Virus record (IMG/VR): IMGVR_UViG_3300026521_000003
Location: 225,881 to 289,880 of that record
Length of the DNA stretch: 64,000 nucleotides
Strand: one strand, 5' to 3'
Below are positions 19,119 through 29,302 of the stretch, one piece after another. The position numbers and the translations under genes are program-made. The notes beneath the pieces were generated by a model that saw only the letters and a program-made list of their open reading frames with translations, was not told the origin of the DNA and did no database searches. Each line of letters opens with the position of its first letter. The first letter of the stretch is position 1.

Positions 19119-19757
19119 ATGTTTAAATGGGATAATTCAAAAGATTATGATGCAAATGTATTTGATTATATAGTCTATTCTGATCCAGAGAAATTGGTAC
19201 AAACTTTTTATAAAGATTTATCTCTAAGAGTTGAGTTTGAAACATCGGATCCAAATAGACATATGCCAATGGTTATTAGTACTAATTCAATAATTGAAAC
19301 TTTATTGCAAGAATTTCATGATGTTTTCACAGAACAAGAATTAATAAAGATGGTTAAATTATTATTTAAATTAGATTATGAAGATAAGTATTTTATTATC
19401 CGTACTTTAAATAGAAATTTTTTGCATAATGAACTAACTATTGATAATTATATGCTTTGTCGTATTATTGAAAAAGTAACACCTAGTAAAAATATATTTA
19501 CATCTGATATTGTTGATTTGATGCATAGGAGTAAGCAATTTATTATACCTTATTTAACAGCATTTAAATATCGATTGTCCAATCATGATAAACATTTTCT
19601 TTATACTGAATTTACTGAAGATTTTTCTGGTATGTTTGATAAAAAAATAACATACTGGATTATGGATAATATTGATGGTATTAGTAAAATGGTTATAGAT
19701 TCTGGAGAAGAACTCATTTATATACCAAAAGAAGTTAGAGAAATTTTTATTTTTTAA
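19119..19757 (+). CDS. DIFIF-tagged protein
   Basis: Ends LIYIPKEVREIFIF*. Confidence 0.85.
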   Translation: MFKWDNSKDYDANVFDYIVYSDPEKLVQTFYKDLSLRVEFETSDPNRHMPMVISTNSIIETLLQEFHDVFTEQELIKMVKLLFKLDYEDKYFIIRTLNRNFLHNELTIDNYMLCRIIEKVTPSKNIFTSDIVDLMHRSKQFIIPYLTAFKYRLSNHDKHFLYTEFTEDFSGMFDKKITYWIMDNIDGISKMVIDSGEELIYIPKEVREIFIF

Positions 19758-19805
19758 GAGAAATTAAGGATATATTTAATATAATTAAAAATAAGAGGAA
19801 TTAAA

Positions 19806-20513
19806 ATGAGAACGGAAATAGAAATACTTGCAGAAATTGAATCAGGTAAGATTACAATAACTGATGCATTAGAAGAAGTTCATGAAACCGGTGCATACTT
19901 ACTAATACAAAAAATTGCTAATATGGAATTGACTAAATCCGAAAGATTATTATTAATATCTCTTATACCACAAGTAGATGATGTCTTGAGTCTTAAAAAT
20001 TTCTTTTTAACTTTAAAAAGTCATGATGAAATAAAATTATTTTTAGAAGAATGTAATAAATCAAATATTAGTACAAGTATATATTATGCTCTTATGATAC
20101 GGAATGATATAGATAAAAAAATCTACTTTCGTCCTATAATTGATGCCCTTGCGGGAAGAAGCCAAGAATTTGTGGGGTTGATAAAGAAACTGATAAAAAA
20201 AATAGATAATATTTTATTATCTGATATTGAATATCTTTATAAAAATGCTGCAAGAAGGGATTTTGCTAATATTATCAACGAACATATATCAATTTTTTCA
20301 GAGGATATCATCAAGTACATTTTTGGAATTGTAAAGGATATGGAAGATAAAAATCCTCCAGTTTCAAGACTATTACTTCATGCTTTAGATGTTCAAATTA
20401 TGGACAATCCAAGAAAATATAGTTTTGAAGATGAATTTAAAATGTATATGTATGAATTTACTGGAAATGATGAATACTTGCCAGACGATATAAAAACGAT
20501 TTTTATATATTAA
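19806..20513 (+). CDS. DIFIF-tagged protein
   Basis: Ends MYEFTGNDEYLPDDIKTIFIY*. Confidence 0.85.
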   Translation: MRTEIEILAEIESGKITITDALEEVHETGAYLLIQKIANMELTKSERLLLISLIPQVDDVLSLKNFFLTLKSHDEIKLFLEECNKSNISTSIYYALMIRNDIDKKIYFRPIIDALAGRSQEFVGLIKKLIKKIDNILLSDIEYLYKNAARRDFANIINEHISIFSEDIIKYIFGIVKDMEDKNPPVSRLLLHALDVQIMDNPRKYSFEDEFKMYMYEFTGNDEYLPDDIKTIFIY

Positions 20514-20523
20514 AGGGGGTTTA

Positions 20524-21195
20524 GTGTTATCTAATAATAAAATTAAATTTTATAATGAAAACATACGTAAACCCCTAGAACTTCTTGGTTTTAACTCTAT
20601 TCCAAGAGGTGAAACTTACAATGAATTTTCTAAAGGTCGTAATTATAAATATAATGCGTTGATGCATATTTCTGTTCAAGTAGATTTTGAAAAATTATTA
20701 TTTAAATATCGTCTTAGCTTTCCGTGGTATAGTAATTTTTCAACTATTCCAATTGCATATAAAATACTACTTTTACCTAAAAGAGAAATAGTTGTAGAAT
20801 TATCAAAAGAGAATTATCAACAAGAATTAGAAAATATTTTTTCCGAAATTGTGGACCAATTAGAAAAAAATAAAAAAGAATTTGATATTATGATTCGAGA
20901 AAAATTAAATGAAGTAGATGAAAATAGTATAGCTAAATTATTTACACCTATCAATACACCAATACTACTAAATTATTTAGATTTAGAATATACAGATTAT
21001 ATCAAAATTATTTTTAGTTTAAGAAAAAGATTAAAGAATTATACTGAAAAAATAACTATTCTTTTTATGCATAACATGTCTAAAAAGGGATTGAGACTTT
21101 CAACTTCTGATTTAGAATTATTAGAAACTATTGAGTATAATAGTTCTATAAAATTTTCTCAACTTGAGGAACTTAAATCTATTTTTATATATTAA
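20524..21195 (+). CDS. DIFIF-tagged protein
   Basis: GTG start; ends QLEELKSIFIY*. Confidence 0.85.
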   Translation: MLSNNKIKFYNENIRKPLELLGFNSIPRGETYNEFSKGRNYKYNALMHISVQVDFEKLLFKYRLSFPWYSNFSTIPIAYKILLLPKREIVVELSKENYQQELENIFSEIVDQLEKNKKEFDIMIREKLNEVDENSIAKLFTPINTPILLNYLDLEYTDYIKIIFSLRKRLKNYTEKITILFMHNMSKKGLRLSTSDLELLETIEYNSSIKFSQLEELKSIFIY

Positions 21196-21204
21196 AGGTA
21201 CATT

Positions 21205-22713
21205 ATGATACTAAAATCAATGAAAGTTTATGATAAAAAATGTTTATTAGAAAATGATCAGTTAGAATCCAGTATTGTAGATAAACTGGCTAATGATAGA
21301 TCAATCACTATTCGATATTGGGCTGTTTCTCATAAAAATATTAGTAGTCAGAGTTTATCTAGAGCATTGTTATCAAAAAAGAATTTTGATAGAGAACAGA
21401 TTTTATCTTCAATTTTATATAATAAAAAATTAGATTTTGAAACAAGATTAACATTCGTAGAAAAATATCTTCATAATATTGAAGTAGTACTAGATTTTTA
21501 TGATATAGTTTATAATACCTCTTTAGAGGAACGAAATCAAATAATAGAAATCTTTGTTAATCGATTATTATTAAAGCAGACTTTAAAATATGAATATTTT
21601 AAATATATTCCAAGTTATATAAATTTAGCGTTAGATGAATATTCTAAGATTTATGAAATATTTTTAAAGCGTGCACCATCAATTTTGTTAGTTACGCAAA
21701 ATGGTTTTGAAAGGGACAATCAAACATTTTCTAAAACTCAAATTAAGCAAATTTTTAAAGCTGTCGTGGATAATAATAAAAATTATGGATGTTTAGTATA
21801 TGATTTAGGACCTACATATTTAAAATCAATCCCATCACATTTTTTAAATTATGTGATAAAGACAAAAAATATAACAAAAAAAGAAATTGAACTTTTTTTA
21901 ATGAATGAAAATTTTAACGAAAAAATGATAATGAAAATCATTAATACTGTTGATTATGATGTACTACTAGAAATTGCTAGATCATCTATTTTAACAGAAG
22001 ATATTGAACAACGGATTTATAATAAAATAAAAACTCATGATATTGACAGTACTTTGTTCTATGCATTATTATCGAATCCAACTCATAATTTTGAAAGGTC
22101 ATATGATTTTATGGTAATGCATCATACTTATTTTACGATATCTTCAATTATGAAGTCTATTATAAGTTCAAATTACCCTGTTACATTAATTGATAAAGTC
22201 ATTAATGAAATCAAAATAGTGCATCCTTTAACAGCACTAGGTTTATATATAGTAGAAAATAATACATCAGAAATATATTTAAATAAAATTTGGGATAAGT
22301 ATTGGGATGGTCAAATCATTAGTTATACACCCAGATATAGAGCTTATAATAGGTTTGATAATAGTATAAAAGATACTTCATATATTATTCAGTTGATGAT
22401 TACAGAATCATCACTAAGTTATAAATTTGCGTATAAATATTATAAAGAGACTAATGAAGTTAGATATTGTAGGAATATATCGGAGTATAATTCTGATGAA
22501 ATAGATAGTATATGGTCAAGTGTTAGAGACACTAATATTTTTGAATATTCTAAGAGTTATTATAATGATGCATATTATATTGAAGATGTAAAAGTTGCGT
22601 TATTAGAATATGCAAAAGAGAATAATTTATCAAAATATATAGTTGATGAATATCAGATGTTTAATAATACAAAATATATTGCTAAGGAAGCATTAGACTT
22701 ATTTGAATTTTAG
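21205..22713 (+). CDS. DIFIF-tagged LRV/HEAT-like repeat protein (502 aa)
   Basis: LANDRSITIRYWAVSHKNIS repeat-like start; ends NTKYIAKEALDLFEF*. Confidence 0.88.
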   Translation: MILKSMKVYDKKCLLENDQLESSIVDKLANDRSITIRYWAVSHKNISSQSLSRALLSKKNFDREQILSSILYNKKLDFETRLTFVEKYLHNIEVVLDFYDIVYNTSLEERNQIIEIFVNRLLLKQTLKYEYFKYIPSYINLALDEYSKIYEIFLKRAPSILLVTQNGFERDNQTFSKTQIKQIFKAVVDNNKNYGCLVYDLGPTYLKSIPSHFLNYVIKTKNITKKEIELFLMNENFNEKMIMKIINTVDYDVLLEIARSSILTEDIEQRIYNKIKTHDIDSTLFYALLSNPTHNFERSYDFMVMHHTYFTISSIMKSIISSNYPVTLIDKVINEIKIVHPLTALGLYIVENNTSEIYLNKIWDKYWDGQIISYTPRYRAYNRFDNSIKDTSYIIQLMITESSLSYKFAYKYYKETNEVRYCRNISEYNSDEIDSIWSSVRDTNIFEYSKSYYNDAYYIEDVKVALLEYAKENNLSKYIVDEYQMFNNTKYIAKEALDLFEF

Positions 22714-22723
22714 TGAGGATTAA

Positions 22724-23116
22724 ATGAAACTACATGAATTAAATGAAAAGGTTAAAATTGTTAATAAAAGTGATTTAGATATGTTTAGCAATTGGGATGC
22801 TAGATTTTGGATTGATATGGACGATTATATAGACACAGTAAAAAAAGAAGGTGTAGAAACGGCAATTACACTTGTATCAAAAACAATCAAGAAAATAGGT
22901 GAAGAAAATTATATCACCTTAAAAAATCTTGCAGATAAAGAGAAATTTGGTGTACCAGAGTTTAATAAAGCGATAGATACCAAACATTTAAAAAGTATTG
23001 ATGCTTCAAAAATAGTCATTCTTATGGATTTAGTTGATCGACGTGCTAAGATACGTAAAAGTAAATTGGAATCTGAACTTAAAAAGATTCAAAAACAAAT
23101 TGATATGCTGGGGTAA
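22724..23116 (+). CDS. Putative head-associated protein with leader MKLHELNE
   Basis: Untagged gene inside the array; CTS-like N-terminus. Confidence 0.75.
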   Translation: MKLHELNEKVKIVNKSDLDMFSNWDARFWIDMDDYIDTVKKEGVETAITLVSKTIKKIGEENYITLKNLADKEKFGVPEFNKAIDTKHLKSIDASKIVILMDLVDRRAKIRKSKLESELKKIQKQIDMLG

Positions 23117-23119
23117 AAA

Positions 23120-23311
23120 ATGAAAATAAAAGATTTAAATGAAATGTTTTTAAGTGGTAATCTAGACGCTGCTCTGGATTGGGATGAAACTCCTTCAGAT
23201 GTTAAGGATATGGATGGTAATCCAAGTAAATTACCTATTCAAATACCTAAAAAATTTAAAGTAAAATATAAGAAAAAACGAAACAAAAAAAATGACACAA
23301 AAGCAGTATGA
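23120..23311 (+). CDS. Small protein with leader MKIKDLNE
   Basis: 63 aa; CTS-like N-terminus, basic C-terminus. Confidence 0.7.
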   Translation: MKIKDLNEMFLSGNLDAALDWDETPSDVKDMDGNPSKLPIQIPKKFKVKYKKKRNKKNDTKAV

Positions 23312-23960
23312 TCGAATAGTTGAACGTTCTAAAAGTTCAAGGTATTCTACAAGACAAAAAGTAGCAAAAGATCCGGATACACCTATTGAAATTGTAAACA
23401 ATTTAATTCTTGATGATGATTCTAGAGTTTCATTAGTTGCCGCATTAAATGGTAACATTGATGAGAGTACATTAGGACTTCTTTTAGAATCATACGATAT
23501 ATCTTCAAATATTTTTATTGAGATATATAAAAATAGAAATTTTAAAGAAAAATGGATCCCAAATTTTATCCGTATTTTGAAATCGCATAATATTTCTCCA
23601 ATGTTTATAATTTATTCTAATCGCTTTTTACAAAATATGGATGATTGGTTGAAAACTTTTGATGAAGTAATTAAAGTTCAAGAGGAAGTTGGTAGTTTAA
23701 TTACTGTTTCTATCTCAAATAAATTTTTTGTTGTATTTGTAAGAAAAGTAGGATATAATAAAAACATTTTTAAGTCTAAGGCTATATTAAAGATTTTAGA
23801 TACGTTCGGCGAATTATTTCATAATGTTTCTGGTGGTATATTTAGTGCTATATTAGAAAATATTGATGATGATGATCAGGAAGTAAGAAAAAAGATTTAT
23901 GAAATTACTAATGATTCAAAATACTTACCACAAATATTACAAGATGTATTTATATTCTAG
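23292..23960 (+). CDS. DIFIF-tagged LRV/HEAT-like protein
   Basis: RQKVAKDPDTPIEIVNNLILDDDSRVSLVAALNGNI repeat; ends IYEITNDSKYLPQILQDVFIF*. Confidence 0.88.
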   Translation: MTQKQYDRIVERSKSSRYSTRQKVAKDPDTPIEIVNNLILDDDSRVSLVAALNGNIDESTLGLLLESYDISSNIFIEIYKNRNFKEKWIPNFIRILKSHNISPMFIIYSNRFLQNMDDWLKTFDEVIKVQEEVGSLITVSISNKFFVVFVRKVGYNKNIFKSKAILKILDTFGELFHNVSGGIFSAILENIDDDDQEVRKKIYEITNDSKYLPQILQDVFIF

Positions 23961-23969
23961 GAATTAATT

Positions 23970-24536
23970 ATGAAAATAAATCAAAAAGCAAAACAAAAAG
24001 AGAGAACGAGACTATTAAAATACATTAAAGATGATAATATTGATAGTGTAAAAGAGTTTTTATTGACCTATACTTATGATGACTTCGATAAGTTATTTAG
24101 GTATGCTTGTGAGAATGGTGAGAACGTTATAAAATATTTATTAGGTGAATTTGATGATTTTTATTCATCAGAAATTGATTCTGGATTAGTATTTTTAGTA
24201 CAAAAATTTCCAAAATTATTTTTAGAAATTCACAAAAAGTTCATAAATCAAAAAGGTTATAAAGATGCAGAAATAAGATTTATGAGAATTGCTGCTAGAT
24301 TTGGAAAAGAAGATTTATTCACTTATTTTATTAATGAACGAGGTATTGATCCGGCTCAACCAAAAAATGAATTATTATATAGTTTAATTAGAAAAACAAA
24401 AATATCTGCTTCAGGTAATAATATTCAAAGAATGATAGAAATACTTAAAAATGACCCTAGAGTTATAGAAGAAGCGGCAAAATGTAACCAAACTGATTTA
24501 TTGCCCGATGACATCAAAGATATGTTTGTATTTTAG
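23970..24536 (+). CDS. DIFIF-tagged ankyrin-like protein
   Basis: LFRYACENG..VIKYLL and MRIAARFGKEDLFTYFINERGID; ends TDLLPDDIKDMFVF*. Confidence 0.82.
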   Translation: MKINQKAKQKERTRLLKYIKDDNIDSVKEFLLTYTYDDFDKLFRYACENGENVIKYLLGEFDDFYSSEIDSGLVFLVQKFPKLFLEIHKKFINQKGYKDAEIRFMRIAARFGKEDLFTYFINERGIDPAQPKNELLYSLIRKTKISASGNNIQRMIEILKNDPRVIEEAAKCNQTDLLPDDIKDMFVF

Positions 24537-24545
24537 GGGATTTTT

Positions 24546-25571
24546 ATGAAGATTTATGATGAATTAATTTATGATGATATTAGTATTTATTTAACCTATG
24601 AGCCTTATGAACATATATATCGTCGTGCTAGAAAAAGATTAAAACAATATTTTTCTGAAGAAATGTCAGCTGAATATTTTAATGAATTAATATATGCAGA
24701 TTATATTGAAGTTCAATCAGATAAAAAAATATCTGAAGCTAAACTTAATAATTTTAAATCATTTATGATTGCTTATTTCTTTGATAATAAAAATATGACG
24801 TCTAAAACTTATTATAAATCATTTGAATATATAAAGACTATGGAAGATCCATTAGAACGATTTGATGATCTTTTAACTAGTTCATTTTGTACAGATGAAG
24901 TTTTCTTATATTGTTTAGATAATGAATATATGGGTAATGATGAAGCTACACCTAGAAACATTCCATATAATAACTTTAAAGATAAAACGATAACAGAATT
25001 TTTAAAAGCAATAGATTGGTCGTGGTTTCATAAAGCTCCGCAATACGTAACAGCTTTATTAGATCAAAGAAAATTGACACAAATTCAATATGAATTGATA
25101 TTTAATCAATTTAGTGACTATACAGATATAGTATTTCTTATTGTAGAAAAAGGTGGACGTATTCCCGATGATAAATTTATTGAGTTACTGGGTAAGTATG
25201 ATACATTTGATATTAGTTATGCTAAAGTTGGAAAGGCTATTAAAGCTAAAATTTTAGAAAATTATGATTTTATAAGAAAGTCAGAATACCTTTCAGTTAT
25301 CATGGACTTTTTAACTATGGATGCAAAAGATTTTGAAAGAGCTCAAATTTATGATGCAATATTGCGCTATAAGCTTTCTAATAATTATCTTCATAGTGAA
25401 TTTCAAAGCGACCTTATAAGACGTATAGCTTTTGATACAAATGCTATAGATATTTTAGCAGAGAAAGCAGATTTTTCTAAATATGAACCATCAACACTTA
25501 TGCTAATTTATGAACTAAATAAAAATGAATTTTTCTTACCATCAGAAATTAAAGAAATTTTTATATTTTAA
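24546..25571 (+). CDS. DIFIF-tagged protein
   Basis: Ends IYELNKNEFFLPSEIKEIFIF*. Confidence 0.88.
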   Translation: MKIYDELIYDDISIYLTYEPYEHIYRRARKRLKQYFSEEMSAEYFNELIYADYIEVQSDKKISEAKLNNFKSFMIAYFFDNKNMTSKTYYKSFEYIKTMEDPLERFDDLLTSSFCTDEVFLYCLDNEYMGNDEATPRNIPYNNFKDKTITEFLKAIDWSWFHKAPQYVTALLDQRKLTQIQYELIFNQFSDYTDIVFLIVEKGGRIPDDKFIELLGKYDTFDISYAKVGKAIKAKILENYDFIRKSEYLSVIMDFLTMDAKDFERAQIYDAILRYKLSNNYLHSEFQSDLIRRIAFDTNAIDILAEKADFSKYEPSTLMLIYELNKNEFFLPSEIKEIFIF

Positions 25572-25572
25572 A

Positions 25573-25580
25573 AATAAATA
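25573..25580 (+). promoter_or_regulatory. T4-type late promoter (AATAAATA)
   Basis: AATAAATAAAGGAAAAATAGGATTTTAT-ATG(25601). Confidence 0.55.
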
Positions 25581-25600
25581 AAGGAAAAATAGGATTTTAT

Positions 25601-26386
25601 ATGACTAGTGAAGAACGACAAGAGAAATTTGCTGAAGAAAATTACGCAGGATTAGATGAAACGGGACAAGCCATGCTTGATAAACTAGAAATTATAAAAG
25701 AATATTGGAATATCTACGCTTCAGAAAAAAATAGAGAATCAGAAAAGGCAGAAAAAGCATATCGACAAATGGAAGAGGTTGGTAAAACCTTAGAAAATGA
25801 TTATACCATTTTAAGTATAAAACTGTCAAATGTAGTAGGTCATGCTTTGAATTCAAGTTCAACTAAAATGATACGTAAAGTTATAAAGTTTTTAGATAAA
25901 CATTCTCTTAATGATAAAATGATTCATTATGGGTTAATGAAAATAGCATCCGCAAGAACTAGTGACGGATCACTTATGGAAATGGCGATGACTGTTGCTG
26001 CAAGAAAGGATGATGTTAAATTTGCATCTGAGCTAATGTCTTTCATTGAAAAAAATAAAGGACGAGAAAATATCTGGGAATTTCCAGGAATACCTTGGGA
26101 TTTAAGAAATGCTGGTGATATGGTTAATTTTACTCGAACTATTAGTAAAGAGCGTATTGCATTGGATGCTTTAGTTAGTGGGTCAAAACATATGTATCAA
26201 TTTTTAGTTGGTAGTGAAGGCTTAAATAAAGATACTATTGTTAATTATATAAAACAGCCATATAGTGCGTTTACTATAAAAGAAGCAAGAAATGTTATTG
26301 CTCTTGAACCGTGGACAGTTGAGAAGTTTTTAGAATATGCTCCAGATAGAGTTCCACCTGAAGTTTCAGATATATTTATATTTTAA
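25601..26386 (+). CDS. DIFIF-tagged protein
   Basis: Ends PDRVPPEVSDIFIF*. Confidence 0.88.
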   Translation: MTSEERQEKFAEENYAGLDETGQAMLDKLEIIKEYWNIYASEKNRESEKAEKAYRQMEEVGKTLENDYTILSIKLSNVVGHALNSSSTKMIRKVIKFLDKHSLNDKMIHYGLMKIASARTSDGSLMEMAMTVAARKDDVKFASELMSFIEKNKGRENIWEFPGIPWDLRNAGDMVNFTRTISKERIALDALVSGSKHMYQFLVGSEGLNKDTIVNYIKQPYSAFTIKEARNVIALEPWTVEKFLEYAPDRVPPEVSDIFIF

Positions 26387-26397
26387 GGATTACGGAT

Positions 26398-27198
26398 ATG
26401 AATATTAGACAAGCTATGAAGATTGAAGCCTCAGGACAAAGAGACGTTAAATTAACTAAAGCAGCAGAACTTATAAAAAATGGTGACCGTAATATTATTG
26501 AAAAGTCATTAAATAATTTAAAATTGAATGATTGGATTGGACTAGCATTAAATCCGAATTTGACGGGTGATGACATTGAATTGATGTATAAACTTTTAAA
26601 AGAAGATTATAATTTAGAACGTGAAAAAAATATTCCCAATTCAACAAAAACAAGAAATGCAGGAACTCGAGCTAAAATTCGTAATCTTCTTGCTGTACAC
26701 CCAAATATAAAATCTGAAACGATTGATAAAATCCTTAAAGGTGCAAGATTATCAATTCCAACGGTTTTGAATAATCCAAAAATTACTAGTACTCAAATAG
26801 ATAATTTTTTTAATACACAAGTATTATTACAACCTGAAAAAAATATGGGGTCGTATAGTTTTGTAGGATTAGATAAATTAATGCAAACATCACAGATAAC
26901 GAAATCATTAGTTCAAAAGTGGTTTGATACTTTGAAAGAATATGCCGATTGGACATATTCTGATAACCAATGGTATTCAGTTATTAAAGCATTTTTAGAA
27001 TTTGATGATTGTCCAGAAGAAATTATAAACCTAGCTGCTTCAGCACCACTTAAATCGGATAATTTTTGGTCTAATACACTTAGGAAAATGGCGGTGAATC
27101 ACAAAAATGCATCAAATGATACGATGGTACAAGCTTATAAAATTACTGAAGATGAGCAATTTTTACCAGATGATGTAAAAGATATTTTTGTCTTTTAA
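26398..27198 (+). CDS. DIFIF-tagged LRV/HEAT-like protein
   Basis: LALNPNL, LAVHPNI, VLNNPKI, NHKNASND repeats; ends AYKITEDEQFLPDDVKDIFVF*. Confidence 0.88.
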   Translation: MNIRQAMKIEASGQRDVKLTKAAELIKNGDRNIIEKSLNNLKLNDWIGLALNPNLTGDDIELMYKLLKEDYNLEREKNIPNSTKTRNAGTRAKIRNLLAVHPNIKSETIDKILKGARLSIPTVLNNPKITSTQIDNFFNTQVLLQPEKNMGSYSFVGLDKLMQTSQITKSLVQKWFDTLKEYADWTYSDNQWYSVIKAFLEFDDCPEEIINLAASAPLKSDNFWSNTLRKMAVNHKNASNDTMVQAYKITEDEQFLPDDVKDIFVF

Positions 27199-27232
27199 TT
27201 TAAATTAAAGCTCAAAAAGGTATAATAATAAT

Positions 27233-28192
27233 ATGAAAGTTTTAAAAAAAGATTTAGAAAAAATTGTTAAAAAAGAAACTATTACTATTGAAGATTTAGA
27301 GATATTTCTAAAAGGCAAAAGTAAAGATGCATTTACAAGCTTGGCTTTTAGAAATCAATTACCATTAAACGATGAAATAATAAGAGGATTTATAAAAAAA
27401 TATCCAGATTCTTATGGTCATTTAAGACGTAAACATGGTGATAAGTTTAGTAAAGAAATATTAGAAGAAATACTTCCTACTTTGAATAAAGCTCAAAGAG
27501 GATTATGGGCTAAAGTTAAAAATTTTCCAGAAGAATTTATAGATGATTTAAAAGATGATTGTTCATTTTGGTCATCAAGATTTGTTACTTATACCGATGC
27601 TAAAGAATTGCTCAAAGATTCTAAAAAGTTTAATAATACTTATAGTGGATTAGATAATAATGCTATGGTATGTCGAATTCAAGAATTAGCAAATAATAGA
27701 TTTTTAGATAAAGAAACTTTAGATTTAGTTTTTGAAACTATAATGGAAACAACTACACCCACTATGATTAAATATAAAGATGCTTTGAGTAGATTATTAT
27801 CAAATCCAAATATAGGGATAATTGAAGATAAGATTGTACCCAATTCACATATTATATCCATACATGCTCCTTTTTCAATGCTTAACGCCAATATAAATAA
27901 TGATACTTTTAAAAGTGCAGCAGTAAAAGGAATACTTAAAACTTTTATGTTTAAAGACACATTTATAAAATTTATTGATGCAGGTTATAAGTTACCTCCT
28001 AAAGCAGCTAGAACATTGTATCTTGGGCTTGTGGATAAATCAACACAATCAACGAATAAATCTTTAGAATCATTAATTGAAAAAGTTGTTAAAACTCAAC
28101 CGGTTGATATTAAAATTAAGGAACGTTATTATAATAAAACTGGTGATGAAACATTTTTACCTGAAGAAGTACGCTCTATTTTTATATTTTAA
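27233..28192 (+). CDS. DIFIF-tagged protein
   Basis: Ends YYNKTGDETFLPEEVRSIFIF*; TATAAT at 27221. Confidence 0.88.
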   Translation: MKVLKKDLEKIVKKETITIEDLEIFLKGKSKDAFTSLAFRNQLPLNDEIIRGFIKKYPDSYGHLRRKHGDKFSKEILEEILPTLNKAQRGLWAKVKNFPEEFIDDLKDDCSFWSSRFVTYTDAKELLKDSKKFNNTYSGLDNNAMVCRIQELANNRFLDKETLDLVFETIMETTTPTMIKYKDALSRLLSNPNIGIIEDKIVPNSHIISIHAPFSMLNANINNDTFKSAAVKGILKTFMFKDTFIKFIDAGYKLPPKAARTLYLGLVDKSTQSTNKSLESLIEKVVKTQPVDIKIKERYYNKTGDETFLPEEVRSIFIF

Positions 28193-28205
28193 TTGAAGGA
28201 ATAAA

Positions 28206-28814
28206 TTGGATTTAATAACGATTTTAGATATTATTGGTACTATAGCATTTGCTTTATCAGGTTATATTTTAGCAGCAAGGGCAAACTTAGATTTTTTAGG
28301 AATTCTTATTTTATCGTATATAAGTGCATTTGGTGGTGGAGTAATAAGAGATTTATTAGTTGATAGAATGCCTTTTATATTTTCTGAAACTTATCCTATT
28401 GCTGTAGTTTTTATTACAATTATAGTATCATTTGTATTCAAATTACATCGACATAAATCATTGAGTAATAATTTAATTTTTAAATTAAGTGATTCAATTG
28501 GTTTGAGTATATTTGCTTATACTGGTGCAAGTATTGCTATACATTATGACTTTAATTTTGGAGGTGTAATATTTATGGCTCTCCTTACATCGATTGGTGG
28601 TGGTATTATTAGTTCTATGATGATAAATAAAACTCCTCATATTCTTAAAAATGAATTTTATGGTGCGGTATCAATCATTATAGGTATTTTAGTATGGGTA
28701 ATATATACTATAAATATAATATCGATATATACCACCTTTTCAATTATTGGTTTAGGTGTAATTTTACGTATGCTTGCTATACAGAATGATTGGAGACTTC
28801 CAAAATTAGTATAA
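28206..28814 (+). CDS. TRIC (trimeric intracellular cation channel)/UPF0126-family membrane protein
   Basis: Internally duplicated membrane protein: IIGTIAFALSG, AFGGGVIRDLL, DSIGLSIF, SIGGGII; TTG start with AAGGA SD. Confidence 0.85.
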   Translation: MDLITILDIIGTIAFALSGYILAARANLDFLGILILSYISAFGGGVIRDLLVDRMPFIFSETYPIAVVFITIIVSFVFKLHRHKSLSNNLIFKLSDSIGLSIFAYTGASIAIHYDFNFGGVIFMALLTSIGGGIISSMMINKTPHILKNEFYGAVSIIIGILVWVIYTINIISIYTTFSIIGLGVILRMLAIQNDWRLPKLV

Positions 28815-28817
28815 ATA
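28810..28817 (+). promoter_or_regulatory. T4-type late promoter (TATAAATA)
   Basis: AGTATAAATAAAAGAAAACAGGATTTATTTC-ATG(28839). Confidence 0.62.
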
Positions 28818-28838
28818 AAAGAAAACAGGATTTATTTC

Positions 28839-29291
28839 ATGAGTGATATATTTGAGGCGTCCATACCCCCAGACTTTTATAACCTTAGTAGAATTATGAA
28901 ATATCTTATGAGTCAAGATAAAGATACTCTTAATAGGTCATATTTCTACAAGTATAAGGATAGTTTGTTAATAGCACTTAAAGATAATATTCATAAAAGT
29001 GAGATATTAGAATATATAATTTTTTTAATAGAAAATGAGTTATTGACTACATATGATATTAATGAATTATTTGTATCTGCTGTTGGACAAGGGATGACGG
29101 ATATAGTTAAATTATTATTAAAACATGGAGCAGATGTTTCATATAATAATCATATGGCTATACAGATTGTTGCTGAAAATAAAGATGTATTTGATATACT
29201 GATAAGTTATCAGAATGTTGTTGAATTTTTAATTAATAATGGGCATTATGATTTATTGCCTAAAAATGTACAAGAAATATTTGTATTTTAA
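28839..29291 (+). CDS. DIFIF-tagged ankyrin-repeat protein
   Basis: LFVSAVGQGMTDIVKLLLKHGADVS; ends YDLLPKNVQEIFVF*. Confidence 0.85.
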   Translation: MSDIFEASIPPDFYNLSRIMKYLMSQDKDTLNRSYFYKYKDSLLIALKDNIHKSEILEYIIFLIENELLTTYDINELFVSAVGQGMTDIVKLLLKHGADVSYNNHMAIQIVAENKDVFDILISYQNVVEFLINNGHYDLLPKNVQEIFVF

Positions 29292-29302
29292 GAGAGAGTA
29301 GA

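Noticed and set aside
16821-19124. Near-identical tails as DGR template/variable repeats
   Set aside because: No reverse transcriptase in the window; the three mismatches are A/G transitions in both directions rather than polarised adenine mutagenesis from one template
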